From Pseudovirgaria hyperparasitica (taxonomy: Eukaryota): a stretch of DNA of 64,000 bases. Below are positions 48,743-61,991 of this stretch, one piece after another. A program made the position numbers and the translations under genes. The notes beneath the pieces were generated by a model. The model did not search any database. It saw only the letters and a program-made list of their open reading frames with translations, and was not told where the DNA came from. The DNA is taken from assembly GCA_010093815.1 (NCBI GenBank), contig ML996565.1; one strand, written 5' to 3'. Position 1 is the stretch's first letter; every line of letters starts with the position of its first letter.

Positions 48743-49852
48743 ATGTCTGACGGTTACTACTTCCCGCTGTTCTGCACAGTCCTAATGACCCCAGAGGTAA
48801 GAGTCTTGTGCGACGTTGGTTGTGGCATGCAGACTTTTGTGCTGATAATGCGCATGTAGGACATCAATGAAGTGCTTAAAGCTGCCGCGCGCGAAGAACG
48901 GAGAGACAAGAGGCTGAAAAACTCTTGGGTCCTTGTCCTCCTTGAAAATCAACCTATCTTTCCCATGCCCACTACCATAATAAGCCGCTTCTACGAAGAT
49001 TTCATCGACTGGAATATCTTTGAACTGGGAGACTTCTGCCGAAGACAATTTGAGCGGACTGGTTTAATCTCCAGCGAAGATTTCGCAGTTATCGATAAGC
49101 GCTCTCTTGAGGATCAAACGGTTTTGTTCGTTCGATGGGAGATTTATACTCCCGAAGACGACGCGATACTGCGCATAGTGTGGGGAGATGCGACTCCTGA
49201 GGACGAGGCAAGACTGAAACGCATTGTGCGCACTCCAGAGGACGAGGCGCTCTTAAGGAAAGTTCAAGGCAAGGCTACGATGCATGATGAGGCTCTCTTG
49301 CAAAGGGCCAAAGAAGACGCACTCCGCGAGGATCGCCCAGCGCTGGAGACGATTCAGATTGCCCAGGACGAAGCAATAAGAGTGGATGAAGATCCCAGGT
49401 CAGATGCCAGTAGACCTGACCAGGTGTTCTTGCGAGCAGTCGCAGAGGAGCAGGCGAAAGAAACACCCGATGTTCAAGCAGGGGCCGAAATGAATCCGAA
49501 GCCCAAGAGAGTTGACCCAATAGATACAACCAAAGCACAAGCCGCCCCATATCTGAATGGACAGCCAAACACTGGCACAAAGCGGGTGGCTACGCCAGGT
49601 CTCCCTGGTCACACTATATCTGGTGTGAAGAGATGGAGTAAGGGCTTCGAGATGGCCGAGCTGAGCACCCTGATCACGGGCTCGCCTATCGAGAGGAAGG
49701 ACAATGACGTGGAGATTATGGAGGGCTGGAGAACGATGCGCGTCCCGATCGAATCGGCAATGCGAGATACCAGCCTAATCTTTCGTCGTTCCATAACTGA
49801 CCTGCTAAAAATACGAGCACTCTTCGACAGCAACGGTGTCCTTCGATATTGA
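48743..49852 (+). CDS. Hypothetical protein, paralog A of a tandem pair, 348 aa; exons 48743-48796, 48860-49852
   Basis: Intron GTAAGA...GCTGAT...TAG. Shares FPLFCT, F(A/G)VID.RS..D.T, DDAILR.VWGD.T, GWRTMRVPI and RSITDLLK.R.LFD..GVLR with paralog B. Confidence 0.8.
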
Positions 49853-50553
49853 CAGCAGTTTAGCCGCCCTGCTACCGCCAATTGAGTGTATGGTCGTATC
49901 GGTGATCGAGCGTACAATAACTGGAAGGCTACATGTTTGAAATTAGCGACCATGGTTAGAGCGTTCGTACTTGTATTGTTTGTTGTTACCTGGCATGATT
50001 TGACCCGTTCATCGACTTTGGTGCGTTCAGCAGTGGCATTTCGCAAGTCCTAGGAAAGTTTATGAAGTACTGGAGTCAAAGTGACGCCTGATACTAACAC
50101 TGTCTGTGCTTTTGTATAGATCAAGGGTCTAGTCGCTATCAATAGCAGTAGCAGTGCTAGTGTCTCATAGTGCGTGACGCTTCGGTCATCTACGTCAAAT
50201 TTCTAGCATTGCAGTGTTGCCTTGAGATCTAGGATCTTGATATACTCATCTGGACCTGCCCCAATCGTCGCTTGCGCTTCAGTTTACTACGCTTGGTGTG
50301 TGTGGCTTATGAGTCGGAGGCCCACAAATGGAATCAATTCTAGAGGTTGATGCATATGCAGTCTAAGCACTCTCGTCACTCGCATGCAGTAAGGCTTGAA
50401 GGATGCTATTTTCGGCCACATGACCGAAGGCTGATCCACCTCTGATTGGTGTAAGATGAAGCTACGGTACTAATCATACCTCCGATACGGAACAGCCCAT
50501 CATCTTCTACGTTCTCCTCCTCTACCTCATGTCTAACTGAGAGGCTGTATGCG

Positions 50554-51393
50554 ATGTCAAATACCAGAGAACCTCCGTGCTTCCCGCTCTTCTGCACAAC
50601 TGGCAAGTCTTTCAGTGTGAGTGTCTTTGCGACCGCTCCTCAATCTAGCCTCTAAATCTACGACTAGCTCACGAAAGGATTGCTTCAAGCCGCTGCGAAG
50701 GACAAGGAAAATGGCCGCTCCGACCGTAAATGGGCATACATCACGTCACTCAGTCCACAGAAATCAGAAAGTCCACCACTGGAAAGCTTTAAGTCTGAAT
50801 TTTTCCAAGCTGAGATCCGACACCTAGGATTCTTCTGCAGAACGCGATTTGGACAGAATCCGGATCTTGGCCTTAGTGGTGAATTCTTTGGAGTGATTGA
50901 TGTACGGAGCGCGAAGGATCGGACTATGCTTCTGGCACGCTGGGAAGAGTACACTGCCGCTGACGACGCAATTCTTCGCTTTGTATGGGGCGACACAACT
51001 GCCCAAGATGAAGAGCTCTTCCTTCGTCATCTTAGCGACCCAAGCAATCGTCCCAAGTACAAGGAGATTACAGAGAAATGGATAACAACTGTTCCCGACC
51101 CCTTCCAGGCAGCCTCAGTAATGCAAACCCTGAAAGACGAAACTCAGCCTGTTCAGAGGGCAAGAAGGCTACGCAGTCGCGCCGATTCTGCGAATAGTGC
51201 GACGGTAGACAGGAGTGACAAGCTGCAGAGAATACTGGGTATTGGCGAAACAGAGGTTTGCCAAGGATGGAGAACAATGAGAGTCCCAATCGCTACAGTG
51301 ATGAAGGATATTGAGCTTGTGCTGGAAAGATCAATAACAGATCTGCTAAAGCACCGTAGGTTGTTTGACAAGTATGGTGTTTTGCGACGTTAA
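50554..51393 (+). CDS. Hypothetical protein, paralog B of a tandem pair, 262 aa; exons 50554-50616, 50668-51393
   Basis: Intron GTGAGT...TCTAAA...TAG, phase 0, near the same position as in paralog A. Shared motifs as listed for paralog A. Confidence 0.8.
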
Positions 51394-51838
51394 GGTTCGG
51401 AAAAGGCTCTCAGTCCCATAACTATGACGATCAAGGATTGCCTAAAGTAATCATAGAGACCCAAAGCAATCCCGCGATAAGCAGCAATTTTGTTGTACGC
51501 AGATCTCTACATAGAAATCCACTTTGGCTTAGCACCTAGGAAAGGAAGAAATGAAACCAATTTATACTCCAGTCCGATCACTGCAGACTGGCACCTACGG
51601 AAAGCCCCACATTCCCGAAGACTACTAGCGTGGTTTTAACCAAAACAACAAAACAATGCAACGGGTCAACCTTGAACGCAACCTCCTAACCCTCGTTACG
51701 ACTTTCGACACTATCTCGAGCTTACGATCCACATTTGAGGTTACTCAGTGAAGTTATCGCGCAGCTTCAGTCGCTCCCTACACTCTCATTGTCCATTGTT
51801 TCGCAGCTTTTGCTGCGAGCGGCGGCCTTCTGTCCACC

Positions 51839-53974
51839 ATGGCTTCCATCCTCTCGAACGAGAAGTTCCCTACGAAGCTACCTGCTCCACCGCCGCCGCT
51901 TCACACTCGCTCCCACAATGATATATACCAACAGCCCAGCACACCTACAGGAGAGAGCTATTGGTCTCCTACGCAGACACCACAAGGAAGCCCAAGCAAG
52001 AACAGGCTACCGCCTGGAGCTTATGATCTGCCCAACGTCTTCGACAACGCATTGAGACTCGAGCCTACCACGGCATCCCCCACAAAACTGCCGCGCTCTA
52101 CCCACGGGAAAGGACTTCTAGGTGGAGAGGAGCAGTATGGTGAGAAGACGGTACTTGAGTACCAGAGTGATACTCAAGGCAGCCCAATGCGACGATCCAA
52201 TAAAGAGAACACACCTCCGGGACCGCGCCCTGGTGTGTCGAAAGAGACAAGCTATGTCAATCAGGCCGCTGCATCACGACAAGAGCCTTATAAGCCCAGA
52301 GATGTAGACACCAACGGGCGCCAGAAGTATGCAACGGGACAGGCAATATCCACTGATGATCTGGACAAGCTTCGGAAACCTTCTGTACAACGGCTGGCTA
52401 ATGTCACCCAGCTCTGTATGTCAGACATCACACAAAATGATATTGCAATACTGACATTTGATAGACTTCTTAGATCATTACTACGATCTGCTCAGCTACG
52501 TACACACTCGTCAGAACCGCCTGTCTCAGTTCAAGGCTCAGAATCCCGCTCCTCCCGAAACGCCAAAAGAGCAGTATGATGCTGCACTGAATCAATACTT
52601 GGGAAGAGAGCGAGCGAACCTTCGCAAGCGCCGTACAAGACTTAGACACGGGGATTTCCAGATCCTTACGCAAGTTGGACAAGGTGGCTATGGCCAAGTG
52701 TATCTGGCGCAGAAGAAGGATTCAAGAGAAGTCTGTGCACTAAAGGTCATGAGCAAGAAGCTTCTATTCAAATTGGATGAGATTCGTCACGTTCTCACCG
52801 AGAGAGACATCCTCACTAATGCGAAGAGCGAATGGCTAGTGAGGCTCTTGTATGCTTTTCAAGATGAGAAGAGCATTTATCTAGCTATGGTGAGTATCAT
52901 TCAGATCATAGAGCTCAAAGCACTTACGTTTGAATAGGAATACGTACCAGGTGGTGACTTTCGCACCCTACTCAACAATACTGGCGTACTTCACAATCGA
53001 CATGCTCGGTTCTACATTGCAGAGATGTTCGAATGTGTCGATGCGCTACACCAGCTTGGCTATATCCATCGCGATCTGAAGCCTGAGAACTTCCTGATCG
53101 ATAGCACCGGTCATGTCAAGCTAACGGATTTTGGTCTTGCGGCTGGTATGCTTGCACCTGCAAAGATCGAGTCATTGAGAGTAAAACTCGAAGCGGTTGG
53201 TAACGTCGCCGTTCCTTTCGGACGACCTATGGAGGACCGTACGGCTGCAGAGCGTAGAGATGGCTACCGATCTCTTCGGGAACGGGATGTCAACTACGCG
53301 AAAAGCATTGTGGGCAGTCCCGATTACATGGCTCCTGAAGTACTCAAAGGAGAAGAATATGACTTTACTGTCGATTACTGGAGTTTAGGGTGTATGTTAT
53401 TTGAGGCGTTAGCTGGCTACCCACCTTTTGCCGGAGCGACTGTCGACGAGACGTGGCAGAATCTCAAGCAGTGGAAGAAGGTCCTGCGTAAACCCGTGTA
53501 CGAGGATCCGAACTACTTCCTCTCCAAGAGAACATGGGATCTGATCACACGGCTGGTCGCATCTAAGACATCTCGCTTCCGTGGCATTAGTGAGATTCAT
53601 GGTCATGCTTACTTTGCTGAGGTTGATTGGTCCAAACTGAGGGAGCAGAAGGCACCTTTCGTTCCAGAGCTCGACTCGGAGACTGATGCTGGCTATTTCG
53701 ATGATTTCGGCAACGAGGCTGACATGGCCAAGTACAAGGAAGTGCACGAAAAGCAGAACGCACTCGAGAGTATGGCCGACCGTGATGAGAAGATGAAGAA
53801 GGGTTTGTTCGTAGGATTTACATTCAGGTATGACAGCGTGCATTTTGAACTCAAATTAGTTGCTAACGAACCCGACCTAGGCACCGCAAGCCAGCGACTG
53901 ATGATACCGGCAAGCCTACCAGTCCACGCAAACCGCTGCCGACTGTTGATGAGTCCTTCGGGACCATTTTCTAG
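51839..53974 (+). CDS. DBF2: NDR/LATS-family Ser/Thr kinase Dbf2/Sid2 (SIN/MEN), ~661 aa; exons 51839-52415, 52465-52889, 52938-53827, 53881-53974
   Basis: LRKRRTRL, GQGGYGQV, HRDLKPEN, DFG, SIVGSPDYMAPE and hydrophobic motif FVGFTFR. All three introns are GT-AG and phase-compatible. Confidence 0.95.
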
Positions 53975-54894
53975 TCATGATCCACATGAGTTTGAGAACC
54001 TGGAGTTTTCAGTCTATCTCTACTAGCAGGCTCGATTCAAGATTATCCTATTGTATTACTAGTACATCATGTCCCAGCGTTTATTGCATTCTAGCTCATG
54101 ATTATTGTCGACCCGAGAAGTAATGCGATGCGGCACGCACTAGAGGAGTAATGGAGTCGGGATTTTTGATCCACCGTATCATGGTATATTGCATCCATGC
54201 AAAGCAATGATTTCGGTTGCAGTAGTTGCGCGTTCAATGTATGTTAGCAAAACAATGACATGAAGTATTATAGAAATCTACGCAATTTTCAGTTGTATCT
54301 ATCATACGATGTGCCTCAAGGAGCTGTTGGTCAAGGAGCTGTCTGTGGCCGTCGCTCTCTTACGACAATTATATTTCCAGGTGTCATGCAGATAGTCGCA
54401 CGAACAGTCGTAAGCTTTCTAGTCTTTGCACTCACTTCAATCAGCAAGATCCACAAAGGACTACGCGTCGATTCTTTATTTGGCTACTTCTAAGGATTCG
54501 CTCGAGGTATCCACAACAACAAGACAAGAATAGCCATACATGCTTCATTGCTTTAAGCCTTGCGCTTGGATGGATCATGTAATTAACTACCCAGATCCAC
54601 CTTCTCTACTCGCCAAGTCCAGAATCTTGCAGGCGCTGGGACATGCCGGTAGCTCAATCAAATATGCCGAGGTTTACATTATTAGGGCATATGATAGCGC
54701 GAATCAGCAATACGTCACGTCTAGGCCGCTGTGAGGCGGCTGGCACACGATGCGATCTAATGCTTTAGCGTAAGCGGAAATTGAGTCGACCATCGTGCAG
54801 CTGCTGGCGGGGTTGATATATAGTTCTGGTGGGTTGCAGAAGAGTTCGTCCCTGCATATATTACTTTATCCTTCTGTCTGTTCTTGTTCTCAGG

Positions 54895-56689
54895 ATGGCC
54901 CCGCAGAACCCTTCGAACGCAGTGGCTTGCTTGCTGCTGGGGATTGTGGAAGCTTTCCTATGGAATAACTTCTACGACCCTAACCTGCTCTTCTCGAGGA
55001 TTATCATTCGCGCGTCGATTTTCAATATCGTGGTCTGGCTGGGGTATTGTTCGTTTATATACCCCAACTTTGTCAGTCCGCTGAGGCATCTGCCGGGACC
55101 AAAGGTACATCCATGTTTCGCGAAATGAATGCGGTTATTGACATGTTCCAGAATGAAATTCCCATCATCGGATCTGGCTTCAAGGCCTTTAGGAAGCCAA
55201 TCGGTGGCTATCACCTCAAGATGATTCGTGAGGTTCCCACAGAGAACGGCCTCATTCACTATCATGGCTTCTTTGGCACCGACTCACTCTTCCTCGCTGG
55301 ACCACGCGCCATCGCTGATGTTTTCGTCCACAAGCCATATGACTTCGTAAAGCCAGAGCGAGTAATCAAGTTCTTATCGACTGTCTTAGGAGACGGTCTT
55401 TTGTTGGCCGAGGACGACGAGCACAAGTTTCAACGTAAGAAGATCATGCCCAGCTTCAGCTTCAGGCACATCAAAGACTTGTATCCGATTTTCTGGAAGA
55501 AAAGCAAAGGTCTAGTCGAGGCCATATCATCAGAGATCCACGAGAACCCGTCGACATGGAGCGGCGGAGACGATAAGGGAGGCCCGTGTGGAAAGGTCGA
55601 AATGAACCATCTTGCGACACTGGCTACTTTTGACATCATCGGCCTTGCCGGTCTGGGCCACGACTTCAACACCCTCAAGGATGAGAAACACGAGCTCGTC
55701 GACACTTACGAGCAACTGCTCGAGACGTCCACTGAGAAGGCTATCTACTTCGCCGCAAACATGATTCTTGGAAATAAGACAGTGCAGATGTTGCCATGGA
55801 AGGAGAACGAGAGGATGAAGCACAGCGCCACCACGCTGCGCAAGAATTGCGATCTCCTAGTCCAGCAAAAGAAAGCTGCCATGAAGACCGGGGAGGATTC
55901 CGACCACGTCGACATCCTCAGTATCTTACTCAAGTCAAACGACTTCTCAGACCACAATCTCAGCGACCAACTCCTCACATTCCTCGCTGCAGGGTACGTT
56001 TCCGTTCCCACTAGATTATGACATTTCCTTCAAATTCTAACCATACCAACAGCCACGAAACCACCTCCTCGGCCCTGACATGGACCACCTACAACCTCGC
56101 CACACACCCTGAAAAACAAGCAAAACTCCGCGCCGAGTTACGCGACGCTCTGCCCCAACGCGGCGGCGTCTGGAACGATGACCTTCCACTCACCCAAACC
56201 CTTGAGTCCCTCCCATACCTGAACGCCGTCTGCAACGAAGTCCTCCGCCTCTTCCCGACCGTCCCCATCACCATCCGTGAAAACGTCCGAGACACGACCA
56301 TCGCCGGGACCTTTGTGCCCAAGGGCACGAGGATTTTCATATCGCCCTGGGCAGTCAACCGATCGCCGCATTTCTGGGGTGCGGACGCCGAGAAGTTTGT
56401 TCCGGAGCGCTGGATCGATGCTGAGACTGGTAAAGTGACGAACGAAGGCGGTGCAGTGACGCATGATGGAAAAGGCGCGAATTATGTGAATCTGACTTTT
56501 TTGCATGGGCCGCGGAGTTGCATTGGGCAGGGTTTTGCGAAGAGTGAATTGAGGGCGCTGGTGGCGGCGGTTGTGCGGAGTTTTGAGTTTGAGCTTTGGA
56601 ATAAGGAGCAGGAGGTAGAGGTTGTCGGGGTCATCACGACCAAGCCCAAGGGTGGTATGTTGTTAAAGGTCAGGGAGACATTAGATTGA
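54895..56689 (+). CDS. Cytochrome P450 monooxygenase, ~562 aa; exons 54895-55104, 55152-55993, 56053-56689
   Basis: N-terminal TM and PGP hinge, I-helix FLAAGHETT (across an intron), EVLR, PERW, heme motif FLHGPRSCIG. Confidence 0.93.
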
Positions 56690-56843
56690 GGGAATAAAAG
56701 GGAAGGATGGGCGAACGAATGAACGGCCAGATATCCTTCAAATTGCTGTAAATATACCTATGAGAAGAAATATGCCTGTATCATGGAGAATTCTATTTGA
56801 ACACCAATAGTGAGCCACGCGCAGTCCAGAAATGTATCACGTT

Positions 56844-58438
56844 CTATGCGTGTTGGTGCAGGAATGTAATCATATCAGGAGCATCTGGCTCGTAAGCTCT
56901 CAGTCCGCAAACTTCATTGAAGTCTCCAATCTCGACCATTCTCTTGCGCGTCCAGCTGAGAAAGTCGTCGAGTGGACAGCTGTGTCCTGGTCCATTCTGA
57001 CAGCCAGGTAAAGCGACAATGCCATCATTCATGTTGATGCGGACATGTGGTACTTTCTCCTTCAAACCAACGTCACAGGTCATACGTTCAAATATTATGC
57101 GACCACCCATAGGAGTAATCTGTGATGTTCGCCATGCCCGGCTGTCGACACGGTGGGTGGTTGGGAGATCTTCATCGTCATGGAAAATATCTAGGGCAGA
57201 TAGGAGAGGGGTCATGTCACCGTCATGGACGCTGTGTATCTGTCAACAAGATTCAGAAACACTGAGGGCGTAGAGTAAACTTACAAACTGAAAAAGAAAG
57301 GTCCAGCCTCAGGACCCTGCTCAAGGAGTTTGGCAGTCGCATTAAGATAAAGACCACCCATGGTTGCTGCATACGGTGTACCTGGTCCAGCACGGTAGTA
57401 GTGGATCACATCTCTAGCATACTCAAAGTTGAGCCAATCTTCTCGTGAGAAGACATCGCACCAAAGACTGCTCCCTCGGGTGGTGATTTCGAACGCACAT
57501 AACTCCTGCATGGCAAATACCTCCTCATTCGTGAATTTGAACTCAGGATTGTCTTTCAGAAGTCTCTCCTTTGCAGCGCCGATATATGTATCACGAAATT
57601 CAACGATCTTGGAGTAGCCCTGGTCGTGCCCTTTCTGCATGTCATGAAGATATCGCTTGCATGTGTCGCCTGGTGTCAAAGTATCACCACCTCTTTCTGC
57701 GGTTTCAGGTATGACATGTAAAGTTGAGGTGTCTTCCCAATTGAGGCCAAAGAAGCCAGCTCCAAAATGCCTTGCAGTTTCAATGACTCGAGCGCTGTCA
57801 CTGGCCCAGAAGTTAGTCTTACCATTAGGCGCGAGCCTTTTGGGTAGAAGATGAGCATAACGGGTGCGAAGCTTAATGCCAGTCGTGAATGCACCAAGCT
57901 TCCCGGCAAAAGGACCTGTCGACGTGAGCTGTTCAAAATGCGTCTGTGGATCAGAGCTGATGAAGTCCCAGTCGCTCACGAACGCCAAATCACCAGCGGG
58001 CTTCACATCAGCTTGTTGCTGTATTCGCTTCAGAGGCTTCATTATTCGAACGCCAGCTTTGGTCGTGGGATATCGTTCGGCATGCCGAGACATCATATGG
58101 ACCTGGTCGACAACGCAACCCTTAGGTACCATGATGCCACCTTCTACAACACCATCAATCTTCTCAACCCATGGCCCATTACCACCTAAGTGATACAGTA
58201 TGTTCCAATCCTTCGCATAACGTCCGCCGTCTTGCTGAGGCAAGGTACCTGCCGTAGGTTCATCACCGTAACCCCATTGTCGTTGCGGGTGGAACCAGCT
58301 CGTCCAGCTTGCAGCGTGAGGGTTACGAAGAGAGGACAGGTGAATGATGTCCACGGAGGTGGAAAGGTAGTGAGATATCTGGTAGAAGCATAAGGCACTG
58401 AAGCCCGCGACTATAGCCAGAAGAAAGTGACTTGACAT
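56844..58438 (-). CDS. Histidine acid phosphatase / 3-phytase-like, ~513 aa; exons 58438-57285, 57231-56844
   Basis: RHAERYP and spliced FVHDGD catalytic motifs, N-terminal signal/anchor, CQNGPGHSCPL. Confidence 0.92.
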
Positions 58439-58811
58439 TGCTACGCGGTATACCAAGACTCCGGCGTTGCGATTGGCGGGGTGAGACAGTGAATCCTCCG
58501 ACCACTCCTTAAGGAACGCACCGTATTTTACGGAGTAAGCACGGAGCCTAAACAACCTTGGGAAGTTAAATCCTAACGAGTCTCTTATCGACTGGTCATC
58601 ATGCACGATGTTTGCATCGATTGACAACTGCTACGATCAGTATTTGTATTTTGTCCGGTATAACCCATTAAGATATGCATCTCGGACGTCCCAGCGGGCG
58701 CAAACAAGACCAATGACGCAGTGGGACATCACAGTACTCACTTAGGACTCAAAGTAATGATACATATCCACATGTTACGTACGAGCATCCTTATCACCAC
58801 CAATATGTTTG

Positions 58812-60071
58812 TTAAAACCCTCCATTGGGGTGTATGAGGACCTTGGTATACCCTTCGACTCGTTTGTCGAACTTCTCGTAAGCTGTTGGAGCGTCCTCAA
58901 TTCCAACCTCATGCGATACGACAAAGGAAGGTTTCGCACGTCCAGAGACGATCAGATCTCGAAGGTAGCGATTGTACTTCTTGACGTTACATTGCCCAGT
59001 TCCAAGTGAAAGTCCCTAACGAACCTCGTTAGAGCAATTTGGCTGTAGCTTTCAACCAACTTACCTTTTCGAACAATTTACCAAAGGACAAAAGAATCTG
59101 GCCCTTTCCACTCTGTGCATCAGGAGCCCCAGGGTCAGCTGGGACGTACAGACCGGGAATTCCAAGTCCTCCAGTAGGCCTTGTCACCATGATCAGTTGA
59201 TCGAGCACGATGTTAGGCTTCTCCTTGCTGCCTGAAGCATCGACTGCTTGGTAGCCTACCGCATCCACAGCTCTGTCAACCATACCATCGTTAGCCTGTA
59301 TGATCTGCTCCACTGGATCACCCTTGCGAAAGTTGATAGGGGTACATCCTATCTTTTCAGCCGCTTGTAGTCTTGCGTCAACTTGGTCGACCACGTATAC
59401 TCTGCATGCACCACGAATAAGTGCGCTGTACGCCGCCATCAATCCAACCGGTCCAGCTCCCCATACAGCGACTGATTCACCAGGTTTAAAGCCCGCCAGC
59501 TCCAGACCATGCCATCCAGTGGGGAAGATATCAGCCAGTAGCGCAAAGTCTGCCTCGTGTTCCTTACCAGGTGGCAGTACAAGAGCATTGAAATCAGCAT
59601 ATGGCACTCGCAGGTACTGTGCTTGTCCGCCTTGATAGGGTCCCATAGCGACATATCCGTAAGCACCACCCGCAAAACCTGGGTTTACTCCAGTACAGAA
59701 AGCTGTGTAGCCGCGCTCACAATTAGAACATCGACCATCAGCAACATTGAACGGAAGTACAACGCGATCTCCTTTCTTTAGGAGGGTCACGCCGGTCCCA
59801 ATCTCCTCAACGATGCCCATGTTCTCATGACCGAACACGATACCGTTCTCGGCTGCAGTACGACCTTCGTACATGTGGAGATCGCTGCCACAAATTGCTA
59901 AGGAATTATATTAGCGATGTGCGGTTTAGATTTCGATGTCGCTATCGACCTACCTGCCGTCGTTACTTTGATAACGACATCATCCGGGTGCTCGAGTTTG
60001 GGACGCTCGACCTCCCTGACGGACACTTTGAAAGGACCCTCGTACGACAACGCTTTCATTTTGTCCGGCAT
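58812..60071 (-). CDS. Zn-dependent MDR dehydrogenase, glutathione-independent formaldehyde-dehydrogenase-like, ~384 aa; exons 60071-59954, 59897-59065, 59015-58812
   Basis: ICGSDLH, GHENMG, ADGRCSNC...FC, LADIFPTGWHG, GAGPVG, DAVGYQA, GIPGLY. Both introns are GT-AG and in phase. Confidence 0.92.
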
Positions 60072-61093
60072 CTTTACTTGGTGCTTCTGTTTACGAGGAA
60101 GAGCTATGGGAGATACTTAATATGGATGATGTCAATTCGACTACTTAATATGGTTGTTAGGGATAGTACGGGAGTATTATATCGAGTCCTCCTGAATCGC
60201 AGCCGACCGTACCAACTGCCGCCACCTCAAACAATTGGTCAACTCGCGCGTGCCCCACCGGCTTCGACATGGCCTGGAACGACTGTCGTCATATCGCGGG
60301 GAAGCTGATACCTAGACTAGGTAAGGAAGCTCCTGCGAATGGCGGGGTGTATGTTCCGGACCGGCGGATTCTATCCATACGCTCCTCGGTCGACTCGACT
60401 CAATTCTTGCCATTCACATCTACATCATATTCTTTATCCTTTTCCTAAAGGTCTTGACTACACACTGCAGGTACGAGCTCTGAGTCGTTTTTCGCAAGTA
60501 TCACAAGCGTCGTTACCCAAGCTCTAAAGTCGCGTCGATATCGTTTTAGCCACTTCGAATCGGATATAATTCTCCAAGTTGAGAAGCATCAAGTCACTTC
60601 GTTTCATAGGCTTTGTATCAACACGCTATGCCAAGACCACAGACTTTTCGCACTTGCGAACAAAGTTTCGACCTATTGCATCAAAGCTACAACAATCGCT
60701 ATTAGGCGGAAAGTTGTATGTAGCGCATATCTACGTGCATTAGTACACGTTCTTAAACGACTTCAAACTTTTGATCTAACGCCACAGTTCTTGTAGCACA
60801 CTTATTCATCTACATTCTACATCTGTCTTTTAACGGCTGGGCAGTCTATATTTGAGATGATGCCGGTTTCAGATCTGCGATGACGAAAAGGGTGACAGAG
60901 ATCATTGACTCATCGTTGAAATTAAGACTCTTCCTGTTCAGGATCTGAAGTACGTTCCAAGAAGCGGAAATGCTCATTGTCAGGGAATTTCGGTGTTCGA
61001 CCTTCGCCATCGCAGCCAAGATAAGTATTGCTGTTTGGTATGCAAGGGAAAGAAACAGTCTAGCGGGGGTCAGTTATAACATGTGAAGCTATA

Positions 61094-61229
61094 TGATCCT
61101 GATTTGTCTTGATCCTGATTTGTCTTGATCCTGATTTGTCTNNNNNNNNNNNNNNNNNNNNNNNNNNNNNNNNNNNNNNNNTGATCCTGATTTGTCTTGA
61201 TCCTGATTTGTCTTGATCCTGATTTGTCT
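61094..61229. repeat. 16-bp tandem repeat (TGATCCTGATTTGTCT)n spanning a 40-N assembly gap (61142-61181)
   Basis: Three perfect units on each side of the N run. Confidence 0.95.
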
Positions 61230-61991
61230 GTCTCGAGATCACATTTGAAGATAATAAGGTTACACGTGACTCGCTGAATCACTATTGGATTCAATGTTTG
61301 CTGGACGTTCATGCAAAGCATCTTGGTGCCGTCTGAACGCATGATTAAGCTTATATGGCGATACAGTGAATTAACCTAATTAGTCTAACTAATATCCTAA
61401 CCCAGGTCTTCCTTCTCATTCTACCGATGAGTCTTTAAGGGCTGTTTTTAATATTCGTCGACTTTACCTATCCCTTATACACCTATCTTTTATTCAGTAC
61501 TTATGTTAGGCTACATTTAGGTATTATCTCTGCCTAAGGCATAAGCCTTGGAACATATGCCTTAGGCAGACATAATGTCTGAATATAGCCTGAAAGAAGG
61601 CCCGGGCTATACTTATTTCGTGAGCTGTTAACATTCTTTATGTTGATAGAGCAGCCGGCTAGTAAGATACTTGAAACTAGTGAAAGATAACATATATTAT
61701 AAGGACTCTCAGCGAAGCGAGCCAATTGCTGCCCTGTCTGATATGCTCTAATCCAGAAGCGGGGATGGTATTGACCTCGGTCAAGTACCCCAGAATCCGC
61801 TGCATAGGTGCACGCTAATCCGCGGCTACGCATCGCCAGCCGTCCTAGTCGGAAACGTCACCTTAGAAGTTAATTACTATATTTGGGCTGTTTCTTGAAC
61901 TTGAAGCTTGCTTCATTCTCAAGTGACTGCCACTGCTCATAAAGCAAGAAAGGCTTGTTCCATATCAAGTCCTTTCGGGTGTTCGATCAAT

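Noticed and set aside
61094..61229. CRISPR-like or telomeric array
   Set aside because: Head-to-tail repeats without spacers in a eukaryote, and the unit is not TTAGGG-like.
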